Origin: an uncultured Solirubrobacterales bacterium
Lineage (GTDB): Bacteria; Actinomycetota; Thermoleophilia; Solirubrobacterales; Solirubrobacteraceae
Direction of reading: 5' to 3'
Length of the DNA stretch: 64,000 nucleotides
Assembly: GCA_963704555.1 (NCBI GenBank)
Contig: OY969921.1
Span: forward strand, 2,805,600 to 2,869,599
The notes beneath the pieces were generated by a model. That model was not told the DNA's origin. It made no database searches and saw nothing but the letters and a program-made list of their open reading frames with translations. Position numbers and translations under genes: made by a program. Below are positions 52,741 through 62,579 of the stretch, in pieces. The stretch's first letter is position 1; each line of letters begins with the position of its first letter.

Positions 52741-52908
52741 TTACTTGCCCAAGCGGCGAAGCGTCTCGCGGTGCTCCTCAGCAAACCGACGGCGCTCCTC
52801 GGCACGCTCACGATCAGTGCCAGGGAGCCCGCGCGCGAGATCCGGACGCTTGGAGGGCGGCGGCGCCACCTTCGGCACAGTCGCCCTCTTTGGTCTGGTG
52901 GCGCTCAT
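52741..52908 (-). CDS. small basic antitoxin-like protein upstream of doc
   Basis: 55 aa (MSATRPKRATVPK...RERAEERRRFAEEHRETLRRLGK). The stop lies 6 nt before the doc GTG. Confidence 0.45.
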   Translation of the reverse strand: MSATRPKRATVPKVAPPPSKRPDLARGLPGTDRERAEERRRFAEEHRETLRRLGK

Positions 52909-53144
52909 GATCAGATTGTAGCCCGGGCTGTACCGCAGGACACCCTTCTCGCGCCTTCTTCTTATATCCATGCCCAAAGAGCCAACAGCACACGCACCGT
53001 GGCCAGCCTTCATCAGAAGGGCTCTTGAGATCCTACGCGTGGTCTGGTCTGATCGACGGCTATGCGCAGCGAGAAGCCACGACTCTATGCCTGCAAGCCG
53101 GACGCACGAAGCCGTGGTGCGTATGCCTGCATCACCACCGGGCA

Positions 53145-53450
53145 ATGAAGCCGCCGCGCGAGTACAACGGCGAAGAACCATCGCCCGAGCCCTGGATCAC
53201 CAAGCAGCGCCTAGCCGAACATCTGAGCGTCACGACCCGCTGGATCGAGCTTCAGCAACGACGCGGCCTGCCGCACATCCACACGCCCGGCATGAACCGC
53301 TACCGCATCTCGGAAGTCTGCCAAATGTCGCACACGGTGACGGTGCCCGAGCAGCGCCTATGGACGTTCGATCCAGTAGCAGGCACAGCCACCGAGACAA
53401 GCATCGGGCAGCTCATCGCGAACTCGACGCCGCCGACGACGCTGGGCTGA
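53145..53450 (+). CDS. helix-turn-helix DNA-binding protein (excisionase-like)
   Basis: Preferred start is ATG 53145. WITKQRLAEHLSVTTRWIELQQRRGLPHIHTPGMNRYRISEV. Confidence 0.55.
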   Translation: MKPPREYNGEEPSPEPWITKQRLAEHLSVTTRWIELQQRRGLPHIHTPGMNRYRISEVCQMSHTVTVPEQRLWTFDPVAGTATETSIGQLIANSTPPTTLG

Positions 53451-53661
53451 CTGAGACTGCACACTGGGCAACCAAAGTAAACCTGAGGCTAGCTTGCCGC
53501 TTACGGCATAACTGAGAGATTGCCGGCCATCGTTAGCGTGGCCAGCGCTGCCACCAGGACCGCACTACCGATGCCCCAGGCACGCAGAGAGCCCGGCGTG
53601 AGCCCGGTATGTAGGCGTCGATCGAGCTGCATCCACAGCGAGAGCAGACAGAGCGCCAAGC

Positions 53662-54774
53662 CTACGTACTCAAAGACAACCGGGATATAGCCCTCCCCCA
53701 CGGGATGCCCGTCTGCCAGCGTTCGGTGAGACTGACAAGCACCGCTGGCGTGACCCAGATCCAGGCGCCCAGTAGCGCGTACAAACTTGAGCTGTGCTGC
53801 GCTACCGACTGCATATTGCCTGCGAGCCTGCGCATGCCAAAGAACACCGGGATACCGAGCACGATCGCGATTGTCAGGATAAGGGTGCCCGCGACCGGGG
53901 GTACGGCGACGTGACCGAGCCACCACTGTGATAGCGGCAGCGCCGCCAGCATTTGCTTGGTAAAGGTCTCCAGCACGAGGTGTGAGTGCCAGCTGAGCGT
54001 GTACTCCGGGACCGGATGGGGGCTCCCGAAGATGTGCAGCGAAATGACGATCAGCAACGCGATTGCTACTGGGATCACGATCGCGAGCGCCGGGCGCCAG
54101 TCATGGCGACGGACGAGAACAATGAGGATCAGCACCGGGGCGAACAGTCCCACAACCTCGTAGCTGAAAAGCGCGAGTAGGTAGAGTGCGCCAGCGAGCA
54201 CCATCCAGCGTACGCCAGTCTTGACCAGCAACACCAGCAGGGAGCCGAACGTCAATGCCGTCGTCAACGCGATTATGCCGGCGAAGGAGTCGATGCCGTC
54301 GGACCACGGGCGCACCTGCAACGTGCCTGCCACGATCAGCACGAAAGCCACCCCTGGGATCCAGCTATCGGCAATCGTAACTATGCACAGCGCTACCGAT
54401 ACAAGCGCTAGCAGAAGCACCACGCCGACGATCAGCTTGTAGGAGTTACGATTATCGAATGCGTCGAACAACGTGTAGGTCCACCCCAAAAGCACTGGAT
54501 CAAAGCGCGCGTCGCGTTCGGCGAAGGCCGAGATTTGCGTCCATATATACGGTCCCAGTGAAGTGTGGGCTTCGCGCAGTGTGACGCGTAGGTTGCGATC
54601 GATGAGGTCGTCGTTGGCGTAAGGCGACTCCAACACCAGCGCGAAGTAAACGCCCAGTACCCATGTCACGATCGCCGCATGCATCGCCGTGAGCGGACGG
54701 CGCTCGGAGGAATGCGGCGTCTCTATCACAGTCGGAGGTGGCGCTGTATACGTTGAGGTAGCGATCAACGCCAT
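53662..54774 (-). CDS. polytopic integral membrane protein (about 10 TM)
   Basis: 370-aa ORF made almost entirely of hydrophobic helices. Visibly lower G+C than the first 50 kb. Overlaps the upstream gene by 10 nt. Confidence 0.7.
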   Translation of the reverse strand: MALIATSTYTAPPPTVIETPHSSERRPLTAMHAAIVTWVLGVYFALVLESPYANDDLIDRNLRVTLREAHTSLGPYIWTQISAFAERDARFDPVLLGWTYTLFDAFDNRNSYKLIVGVVLLLALVSVALCIVTIADSWIPGVAFVLIVAGTLQVRPWSDGIDSFAGIIALTTALTFGSLLVLLVKTGVRWMVLAGALYLLALFSYEVVGLFAPVLILIVLVRRHDWRPALAIVIPVAIALLIVISLHIFGSPHPVPEYTLSWHSHLVLETFTKQMLAALPLSQWWLGHVAVPPVAGTLILTIAIVLGIPVFFGMRRLAGNMQSVAQHSSSLYALLGAWIWVTPAVLVSLTERWQTGIPWGRAISRLSLST

Positions 54775-56531
54775 GTGTTAGGAACGGCATAGAGGAGCAC
54801 TCCGCCCAAACGGCTACCGTGTAGACCGATATTAGCAAGGTAGGTTGGCCACGGATCCTGTGCGGAGAGAATCACATCGGCGGTATCCACCACAATATGA
54901 CTGACGTGGTGCTGTTGGATGAAAGATACGAGCGATGACGCCGAAGGGGTTTCGTTCGAGAAGAGCTGAGCCGTAGTTGCTTCAGTTCTGAATGGCGGAG
55001 GCATCACCTGTCCCACATAACCCTCGGGCATGTAAAAGTAAAAGCCCGTCTCGGCCTGCCAGAGTGTAGATACGTCGTTAGCCCCGAACGGCAGTATCAG
55101 CACCGTCTCGCCTGGAGACAGATAGTGCCTATATGTGGCTGTAGAGAAAAAACGTGGGTTGTCCGGCGGCACCCCATAGAAAATTTTAGGGACGTTCGGA
55201 AAGAGCATAATTACAGCAAGTGCCACAACGAGCCAGCGCCCCGCTCGAACCAGCGAGCGCCCTGCGGGTCGTGCCACCCATGCAGCAATACCAATCGCGA
55301 CTGCAAGGCTGGTAAACACCGAAATACGCTCTGGGCTAATACTACTAAAAATCGGCAGATTCTTGAGCCAGTTAGCCGGTAGTGCAGCAGTGTCGTGCCC
55401 AGCGATGTGAAGATGAGCGCCCAGCGCCAATACAAAGCTCAATACTGCCACTATCAACACCAACTTGGTAAGCAAACGCTTTCGTTGAACGCTAACGCCC
55501 CAGGTCACAAAGGCGACTACTAGCGGAATACTCAAATACCCATCCTCGCCTGTCACCCCTCCGCCCGCATACTTGGCGCTAAGCGCATGAAACGCCTGGT
55601 GACCAAACCATGTGACTTCGGTCGGAAAGAATGGGTTAAGCAAATCCATCGCGTAGACATTCCAGAATTCGCCTATACTCTCCGGGCCGCCTCCGCTTAT
55701 CAAAGCGTAATAGAAAAAGGGCGCCCCTACTACCAATGCCAGCATACCTGCTGCGATCGTCTCCAGACTCAGCCTGTCCACCCCCGGACGTTGCCATTTC
55801 TGCACCAAAAAACGTGCTGATATCAGGAGCACCGCTCCGAACCCGACAGCCTCAGCGAGAATTTCGGTTGAGAGACCGGCCTGTAGGATGAACACTACCG
55901 CCATAAGCAAGACGTACTTGCGCGTTGACAATTCGTTATCCCAGCGCTTCAAGGCTAGGTGAACTATTACCGGAAGCAAAAAAATGAGTGTAAGGTTTAT
56001 GTGTCCGGTCAGCTGGGCGAAGTTATAGGCACTAAAGCCGTACAAAAAGCCGCCTATAACTGCGGGCAGCTCTCGCAGAACCAGGCGGCGACAAAGAAGG
56101 TATGCAGTAAACGCGCTCAGCACAGCACTAGCTAGACTCAAAAGGTTGTAAGAAACCACAGGACCGGCCAGCGCTGTGATAGGCGCCATCACAATTGCAG
56201 CCGTAGGGATCATCGCACCCTGAGCTACATTGACGCCGGTTGGCGACCATTGATAGTGGGTCACAAACGGATTAAGTCCGTGGATAATCGCGTGTGGCCA
56301 CCACGACAACGCCCACATATAGGCGGCTGGGTCTGAACTGCCGACACAAGCGCATACGCTGCCAGGATGGCTGAGCGCGTGACGGCCGATCGTGACAACG
56401 CCCAGAAACAAGTAGAAAGCTAGGGCAAGTATCCAGGTGGGCACAGTCCCATCTGCACGATTCGCTAGCTTCCTGAGCAGTCCTACTAGACGCGACAGGG
56501 TGGTCGATTGTGCCCGACGTTCAGTCGGCAT
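54765..56531 (-). CDS. large polytopic membrane protein, GT-C-like glycosyltransferase candidate
   Basis: 588-aa ORF with more than 10 TM helices followed by a ~130-aa soluble C-terminal domain. The first loop, SSDPAAYMWALSWWPHAIIHGLNPF, has an acidic residue as in GT-C enzymes. The family call is tentative. Confidence 0.6.
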   Translation of the reverse strand: MPTERRAQSTTLSRLVGLLRKLANRADGTVPTWILALAFYLFLGVVTIGRHALSHPGSVCACVGSSDPAAYMWALSWWPHAIIHGLNPFVTHYQWSPTGVNVAQGAMIPTAAIVMAPITALAGPVVSYNLLSLASAVLSAFTAYLLCRRLVLRELPAVIGGFLYGFSAYNFAQLTGHINLTLIFLLPVIVHLALKRWDNELSTRKYVLLMAVVFILQAGLSTEILAEAVGFGAVLLISARFLVQKWQRPGVDRLSLETIAAGMLALVVGAPFFYYALISGGGPESIGEFWNVYAMDLLNPFFPTEVTWFGHQAFHALSAKYAGGGVTGEDGYLSIPLVVAFVTWGVSVQRKRLLTKLVLIVAVLSFVLALGAHLHIAGHDTAALPANWLKNLPIFSSISPERISVFTSLAVAIGIAAWVARPAGRSLVRAGRWLVVALAVIMLFPNVPKIFYGVPPDNPRFFSTATYRHYLSPGETVLILPFGANDVSTLWQAETGFYFYMPEGYVGQVMPPPFRTEATTAQLFSNETPSASSLVSFIQQHHVSHIVVDTADVILSAQDPWPTYLANIGLHGSRLGGVLLYAVPNTWR

Positions 56532-56721
56532 CGCGCGCTCGGATCTTAAGATGGACGGATATGCTCACTGCCTCGCATTAGGAAGGACGGCAGTATAGTA
56601 GACGCGCCTCGCGCAAGCATCTCGCTGATTCGCGCCGGCCGACAATTGCCGGCGGGCCGGGGAGGTATCGCTCCCCGGCCGCCGTGACCACTTGTGCCCG
56701 TGACAACAATGGCCGCTTGCG

Positions 56722-57775
56722 CTAAAGCCAAAGCCCCGTCACGTCATCGAATTCTTTTACATATTCCCCTAGCTCTTCGTATGCTCCGTTGCCTTTGGAC
56801 AGAAACGTGTCAATATATCCACCAGGATACGTGTACATCAGATCGGTCTTACCGTCCCCGTTTACGTCGCCGGTGCGCCACCGACCCGAACTTGTGTCAA
56901 ATTCTTTTAGGTATTCTGAAGTCTCGGTGTACGTTCCATTGCCTTTAGACATGAACGTGTCGATGTATCCGACAGGGTAGATATACACGAGATCAGTCTT
57001 ACCGTCACCATTGAAATCCCCAGTCATCCACTGACCTGACGACGAGTCAAATTCTTTTAGATGTTCAGATACCTCTTCGTAGTGTCCGTTGCCTTTCGAT
57101 GAGAACGTATAGATGTACCCACCAGGATAAATGTATAGGAGATCAGACTTACCGTCACCATTGAAATCCCCTGTAAACCACTGACCCGACGATGAATCAA
57201 ATTCGGTTAGATGTTCTATTATCTCTTCGTAGTGTCCGTTGCCTTTCGAGAAGAACGTATCGATGTACCCGCCAGGATAAATGTATGCCAGATCAGTCTT
57301 ACCGTCACCGTTGAAATCTCCAGTAAGCCACTGGCCCGACGTTGAGTTGAATTCTGTCAGGTGTTCGATTGTCTCTTCATATAGGCCGTTGCCTTTGGAC
57401 ATAAATGTATCGATGTACCCACCAGGCAAAATATAGGCGAGATCAGCCTTACCATCGCCATTGAAATCCCCGACCTCCCATGTCCCATCCGTACTGTTGA
57501 ATCCCGCTTCAATCAGCTCCGACTTCTCTTCGTATGTGCCGTTGCCCTTTGACAGGAACGTATCGATGTACCCACCAGGGTAGATGTACACGAGATCAGT
57601 CTTACCGTCACCGTTAAAATCTCCTGTCATCCACAAACCTTGCGTCGATTCAAATTCTTTTAGGTGTTCTACCGTCTCGGTGTACGTCCCGTTGCCTTTC
57701 GACAGGAACGTATCGATGTACCCGCCAGGGTAAATGTACACGAGGTCGGTCTTACCGTCACCGTTGATGTCTGCC
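56722..57775. repeat. 153-bp tandem repeat x7 (FG-GAP blades) with high nucleotide identity
   Basis: The recurrent block GATCAGTCTTACCGTCACC(A/G)TTGAAATC... appears every ~153 bp. Confidence 0.85.
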
Positions 57776-59703
57776 CTTGTGGTGTTGAGTGGTGTCGTCG
57801 CGCGGGTGACTACATTTGACCCCAGACTTTCATTTTCCTCATTAGCGACGACTTCGTAGGAGTAAAATGTCGTCGGTTGCAGTTTGGTATCGACATAAGT
57901 CAACGCCGAAGTCGTCCCGACAGTTCCTCCGTTTCGCTTAATGGTGTAACTCGATGCGTTGGCCGACGCCGTCCATGTCAACGTCATACTGGACTGCAAT
58001 CGATTATTGATAGAGAGACTCGGAAGCGCCGCTGTCGTAAACGTCCGATCGTTCCCGTAGGAGGACACGCCAGCCGCGTTGGTTGCGACTATGCGGTAAT
58101 GGTAAGTCGTGCCCGCGCTCAGTTCACTGTGAGCTAGAACGCTGACTTCTACCTGGCCTGTACCCGATCCAGCATCGTTACCGGGCGGAGCCGGAGCGGT
58201 ACTTCCATAGGAGGTCGATGTGCCGTACTGGAAGTAGTAATGAGTGTCCGATGCATTTGGATTTACGGTACCGCTCAATGTAGCCCGATGGAACTGGATT
58301 TTGGACGCTTCCCCAGTAGCCGCCGATGGCGGCAAAGGCGCGTATTCAGTCCAGGCCTGTAGGTTTCCTTCGCTGGCGCCGAGCTCAATAAAGCCGCCAC
58401 CCTCGGTTCCATGCTCAATGCCGATTAGCGCATAGTTTGCGGGATTTGTGGAGTAGCCAGATTTGCAAGTGTTATTGATGCTGGTAATCGCACTTTCAAG
58501 GTTACCAGTTGTGATGCCTGCTATAAAATGCTTCCATCCCGTATTGGCCCCCGTAAATGTAAAAGTGTTCGCCGACCCGGCCTTCTCGGTCGCAAACACC
58601 GTGCCCAACGCAAACTGTGTGATCGTTTGGTCGGCTATGTGTCCATCCGCGGCGGCGCACGCCGATGTGACGTCAAAATGTTCTTCCGTACCAGGCTCAC
58701 CTTTCCCGGATCTCCACTCCTCCATACAAAACTCGAGGATGTTATCTGTCGCTGCATCCTCGAACAGCGGACAAAGATAGCCCCATGCGCCGAAGTGTGT
58801 TCCCGTTTTGTAGCTATACGGATTGGTTTCGGCCGAAACGATGAGGATTGGACTGCCGAAGGAGCTGCCCCAGGGCCGATCGTTCAATCCCTGTTCGCTA
58901 AGCGAGACATAGTGCTGCATCCCGCACGGGGCGCCGATGCCTGTGCATTCGCCGTCATTCGCGCCTCGTACCTCGTGGCCCCAAAATGTTTCGTTTGCTT
59001 GGCATACGGTCCTGTAGTAATTGGCCTCTTGGTAAGACGCCAATGGACTAGGCGGTTCGTAGCCGGTATATTCGCTCTCTTTGTTTGCGTCGGTGTAACC
59101 GAGGCCCTGACCTATCGTGTACGAGTTGCAATAGTCGCCGCTGTGGGTTAGTGCGACGTCTCCGTCGAGCGCGCCTTCGGCCAAATGGCTTGGAAGATAC
59201 GACGTGCCGACAGTGTCGCAGGCATAGGAGCTTTCTTTTGGCTCGCCGGCCTGCCAGCAGTTCTGGTGCGAGCTGAAGAGGCTGTACCAGTAGAGGTTTT
59301 CCTGTGAACCTGGTGTGAGGGGAGCCAGGTTCCCGGACTGGAGGCTAGCTCCACGCTCACCCGCGGACAAGGCTTGCTGCGCGGGACGAGCACCCGGTTC
59401 CGCCGCAAGCGGAGGAGGCACGTTCGTGGGAATCTCAGCCGCCGAGGCCTGACACCCGGGACCATCGGGCGTCATCGCAGGCGATACGGGCGTGCCCGTG
59501 CCCACCATGCAATCCGACTGAGCTACAGACGTCGTGTCCTGTGCCGAAGCTGCGGTGCTCGCCGCGGCAGCCGCAGGTGCAACACCCACCAACAGGACGG
59601 TGGACACTAGGGCGACAAGCGTCCTACGACGAGCCGCCAACCCTCTGTTCCTCGACCCGCGCCGGTCCATCCCCGATGCTACACCCAGTAGCCAACCTGA
59701 CAT
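56722..59703 (-). CDS. 993-aa secreted protein: unknown Cys-rich N-domain + two FN3-like modules + seven-blade FG-GAP/VCBS-type beta-propeller
   Basis: Signal segment RRRTLVALVSTVLLVGVAPAAAAAS. FN3-like ATLSGTVNPNASDTHYYFQYGTSTSYG and LTWTASANASSYTIKRNG. Seven 51-aa repeats of D(F/I/V)NGDGK(T/A/S)DL.YIYPGGYIDTF.SKGNG.Y. Confidence 0.85.
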   Translation of the reverse strand: MSGWLLGVASGMDRRGSRNRGLAARRRTLVALVSTVLLVGVAPAAAAASTAASAQDTTSVAQSDCMVGTGTPVSPAMTPDGPGCQASAAEIPTNVPPPLAAEPGARPAQQALSAGERGASLQSGNLAPLTPGSQENLYWYSLFSSHQNCWQAGEPKESSYACDTVGTSYLPSHLAEGALDGDVALTHSGDYCNSYTIGQGLGYTDANKESEYTGYEPPSPLASYQEANYYRTVCQANETFWGHEVRGANDGECTGIGAPCGMQHYVSLSEQGLNDRPWGSSFGSPILIVSAETNPYSYKTGTHFGAWGYLCPLFEDAATDNILEFCMEEWRSGKGEPGTEEHFDVTSACAAADGHIADQTITQFALGTVFATEKAGSANTFTFTGANTGWKHFIAGITTGNLESAITSINNTCKSGYSTNPANYALIGIEHGTEGGGFIELGASEGNLQAWTEYAPLPPSAATGEASKIQFHRATLSGTVNPNASDTHYYFQYGTSTSYGSTAPAPPGNDAGSGTGQVEVSVLAHSELSAGTTYHYRIVATNAAGVSSYGNDRTFTTAALPSLSINNRLQSSMTLTWTASANASSYTIKRNGGTVGTTSALTYVDTKLQPTTFYSYEVVANEENESLGSNVVTRATTPLNTTRADINGDGKTDLVYIYPGGYIDTFLSKGNGTYTETVEHLKEFESTQGLWMTGDFNGDGKTDLVYIYPGGYIDTFLSKGNGTYEEKSELIEAGFNSTDGTWEVGDFNGDGKADLAYILPGGYIDTFMSKGNGLYEETIEHLTEFNSTSGQWLTGDFNGDGKTDLAYIYPGGYIDTFFSKGNGHYEEIIEHLTEFDSSSGQWFTGDFNGDGKSDLLYIYPGGYIYTFSSKGNGHYEEVSEHLKEFDSSSGQWMTGDFNGDGKTDLVYIYPVGYIDTFMSKGNGTYTETSEYLKEFDTSSGRWRTGDVNGDGKTDLMYTYPGGYIDTFLSKGNGAYEELGEYVKEFDDVTGLWL

Positions 59704-59826
59704 CCCTGCCCCCTTTGTTCTCGTACATCGGACCTAGTTGGCTATGCAGAATGATCGAGACGAGGCGGGCTGTCTATACCTCAAAACGGGTGATCTTTGG
59801 GTAGCATTGAGGGATGACGACAGCGG

Positions 59827-60489
59827 TCAATACGAAGAGACTTGCTGTCTAGTGGACCTGATCTCGGTTCGTGTCGGGACCGGCATACCGACGAGTTCTC
59901 GCTTGCTTCGCACTCCGAGCTTGCGATAGATGCGTGCAGCGTGCTTTCGGGCGGTCTCAACGCCGATTTGCAGGGTGAGTGCGACTTCCGCGTGGGATTC
60001 GCCCCTGCTAAGGCACTCAAACACGTCCGTCTCGCGCGGCGTGAGGGAGGCAGTCTTGGCGGGATATCTTCGCTCAACTAGGCGACCGTCGCCAGGCGCA
60101 AATACCCGTCTGCCCTCCGCCGCGATATGAACGGCAGCGAGGATGTCGGCAGCAGAGGCATCCTTTGGCAGACAGCTGGCTCCGGCGGCAAGTAGCCGCA
60201 TACCGCATGCACGGGCTGGGCGATGTGCTAGCACGACTATCCCGATTGTCGGCTGAGACGCTCTCAGCCGCGACAGTACGGAGGGCTTGGCCACACTCTC
60301 CTCATCGAGTAGCGCTACCAGAGGAGTCCGCTGCGCGACAATCCCCTCGAGTGCCGCGCTGTCGAGGTCGCTACCAATGATCTGAAGATGGGGATCTTCA
60401 GACAAAATCTGCCTCAAGCCCCGGCCCAACAGGGCATCGAAGCGACCAAGCGCCACGGCTATGTACTTGTCGTCATCGCTAGATCGCAT
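59827..60489 (-). CDS. NarL/FixJ-type response regulator (LuxR-family HTH), atypical receiver
   Basis: Preferred start is ATG 60489 (MRSSDDDKYIAVALG). LuxR HTH LTPRETDVFECLSRGESHAEVALTLQIGVETARKHAARIYRKLGV. The receiver keeps LVALLDEES and K, but lacks the N-terminal acidic pair and the T/S residue. Confidence 0.75.
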   Translation of the reverse strand: MRSSDDDKYIAVALGRFDALLGRGLRQILSEDPHLQIIGSDLDSAALEGIVAQRTPLVALLDEESVAKPSVLSRLRASQPTIGIVVLAHRPARACGMRLLAAGASCLPKDASAADILAAVHIAAEGRRVFAPGDGRLVERRYPAKTASLTPRETDVFECLSRGESHAEVALTLQIGVETARKHAARIYRKLGVRSKRELVGMPVPTRTEIRSTRQQVSSY

Positions 60490-60700
60490 GTACACGATCG
60501 AACACGCGGAGATCTGACGCCGTGGCGCCCGTTCCTCCACGGGGGCCACACACGGCGGGGCACAGTCGCGCGGGGGGCACGTCATGCTCGGGCTTCGCAC
60601 GCATCAACACCGTCCTTGCTCCTTCCGTGGACTCAACCATGCGCCATCCTGACAGATTCCCTATTGAGGTATCGGTCAGGTCCATCGAGGGTGCCAGGCC

Positions 60701-60928
60701 ATGCCCGAGCCCGACTCAGACGACCCGCGCTCAACCTTCGGCGCCAACCTCCGATCAGCGCGAGAACGCGCAGGTCTCACCCAGGAAGCCCTCGGCCATC
60801 GCGCAGACTTCCATCCCACCGAGGTCAACCGCATCGAGCGCGGCCGACGCAATCCCGGTCTGATCACGATCATCAAACTCGCCAAAGCACTCGATGTCCC
60901 TGCCAGCGATCTGCTCGCCGGACTGTAG
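60701..60928 (+). CDS. XRE-family helix-turn-helix regulator
   Basis: FGANLRSARERAGLTQEALGHRADFHPTEVNRIERGRRNPGLITIIKLAKALDVPASDLL. Confidence 0.8.
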   Translation: MPEPDSDDPRSTFGANLRSARERAGLTQEALGHRADFHPTEVNRIERGRRNPGLITIIKLAKALDVPASDLLAGL

Positions 60929-61073
60929 ATGGTCGATTGTTGGTGCTCAGTTCTCGTCTCCGCCTTTGACCCATTCGCCTGCCGTCAGGGGTCGTTGAAG
61001 AGCGGCACGATACACGAAATAGAACGCTATTGGTTCTGGACGCTATTGGCTCCCAAACGGAGGATTCATCCCC

Positions 61074-61283
61074 GTGGAGCCCAAGCTACAGGTCGGCCAG
61101 AACATCCGCAGCAATCGGAGACGCATCGGCCTGACCCAGGAAGCCCTCGCTCATCGCTGCGACATGCACCCCGTCGAGGTCGGCCGCGCGGAGCGTGGCA
61201 CGCGCGATCTGCGGGTCTCCACCGTCGTGAAGCTTGCGCGGGGCCTCGGCATTCCTGCTTGTGAGCTACTACGCGGAGTTTAG
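61074..61283 (+). CDS. XRE-family helix-turn-helix regulator (paralogue of the previous gene)
   Basis: VGQNIRSNRRRIGLTQEALAHRCDMHPVEVGRAERGTRDLRVSTVVKLARGLGIPACELL. Confidence 0.8.
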   Translation: MEPKLQVGQNIRSNRRRIGLTQEALAHRCDMHPVEVGRAERGTRDLRVSTVVKLARGLGIPACELLRGV

Positions 61284-61431
61284 AATGGAAGTGTGCTGCA
61301 AAGCGCGCTGAGTACCGGGTAGATGTCTCACCAGAGCTTAGCTTTGGAGACTGCGGCGGATGGGAGGTTCTTTGCTTTGAGGAGACGCCAGTCGGGACAG
61401 GCTCGTTCTCGCGGCAGGCATAAAGGTATAG

Positions 61432-62066
61432 GCGCCGGGCAAATCCGCTGGAACTTTTGGGGTCGAGCACGCACACGACGATCCGGCCACTCGCGCACTG
61501 GCGCAAGTGGCCAAAGGTGACGCGCGGCAACTTGCGCGCGTGCTCAGCACCCAAGCGCTACGCCTCGTGAGCCCCAAGCAAGGCGGCACGGTTCGCCGCA
61601 TGGCATACGGCGTCGCTGACTTGATCCTCATGTCGCCCCCGTATGCGTGCGAGGTCGCCGACCTCAACACCGTCAGCGGCCCCAAGCCTCTGCGACGAGA
61701 CGACACGACCAACTACAGCCGCGACCGGCGCAATCTCGGTCATGCACGCGGGAGCGCGTACCTCGTGGCTATGGACGACATCTACCGTGCGTGCGCAGCG
61801 GTGCTCAAGCCCGGCGGATTCCTCGTGTGCGTCACCAAGGACATGCGCTCTGGCGGTGGCGGCGCGCTACGCAACCTCTCAGGCGAAACGATCGCACTCT
61901 GCGAGGACGCCGGCCTGCTCTACTGGCAGCGCGTCATTAGCCTGTTGGCGAGCGTCCGCGACAGCGAATTGGTCATGCGCCCGTCGTTCTGGCAGATGCT
62001 CCACGCCCGCCGTCGCCGCGCGAAAGGCGACCGCACGCAAGTCGTCGCGCACGAGGACGTGCTCGT
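61432..62066 (+). pseudogene. DNA (N4/N6) methyltransferase fragment, truncated at both ends
   Basis: Catalytic LILMSPPY motif, then KPGGFLVCVTKD and VVAHEDVLVC. An in-frame TAG lies at 61429. A SAM-motif-like GTGSF occurs only in another frame upstream. The 3' end runs into the integrase fragment. Confidence 0.6.
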
Positions 62067-62558
62067 GTGCGGCGTCAAATCGACCTCGACACGGGCAAGA
62101 TCACATGGCCCAAGGACGACGACGGGCGCTGGGTCGTAATGAGTCCCGCGTTCCGCGCGCACATGGAGCGGATGCCTCGCATGGGCAAGATCGTCAACGC
62201 CAAGATGAGCGAGATAGTTTTCCCGGCACCACGCGGCGGCTATATGTTCAGAAGCACTTGGCACACGCATTGGCACGCGATACGCGCCTCCGCAGGGATG
62301 CCCGACCAAGACTTCTACGAGCTAAAGCATCGCGCGATTCAATGGATGGTCGATCCCGTGTCAGACGGCGGGCTCGGCCTCGACCCCGCGACAGTCGCAG
62401 AAATGGTCGGGCTCGACGACGGCGGCTATCTCATCGCCACCGTCTACACCAAGCTAGGCCAGCGTCGCGCGCTCGCACGCTCGCAAGCTATGGCGGCCTA
62501 TCAGGAACGGCAAGCCGCCGCGACCGTCGAGGCGCCCCGCCTGCAAGTCGTCGCGTGA
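62067..62558 (+). pseudogene. C-terminal fragment of a tyrosine recombinase (phage-type integrase)
   Basis: IDLDTGKITW (after Arg-I), HTHWHAIRASAGMPDQDFYELKHRAIQWM (box II-like) and GGYLIATVYTKLG (catalytic Tyr region). The N-terminal SAM-like and core-binding parts are absent. Confidence 0.55.
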
Positions 62559-62579
62559 CGCGCGATACTACGCCCCTGC

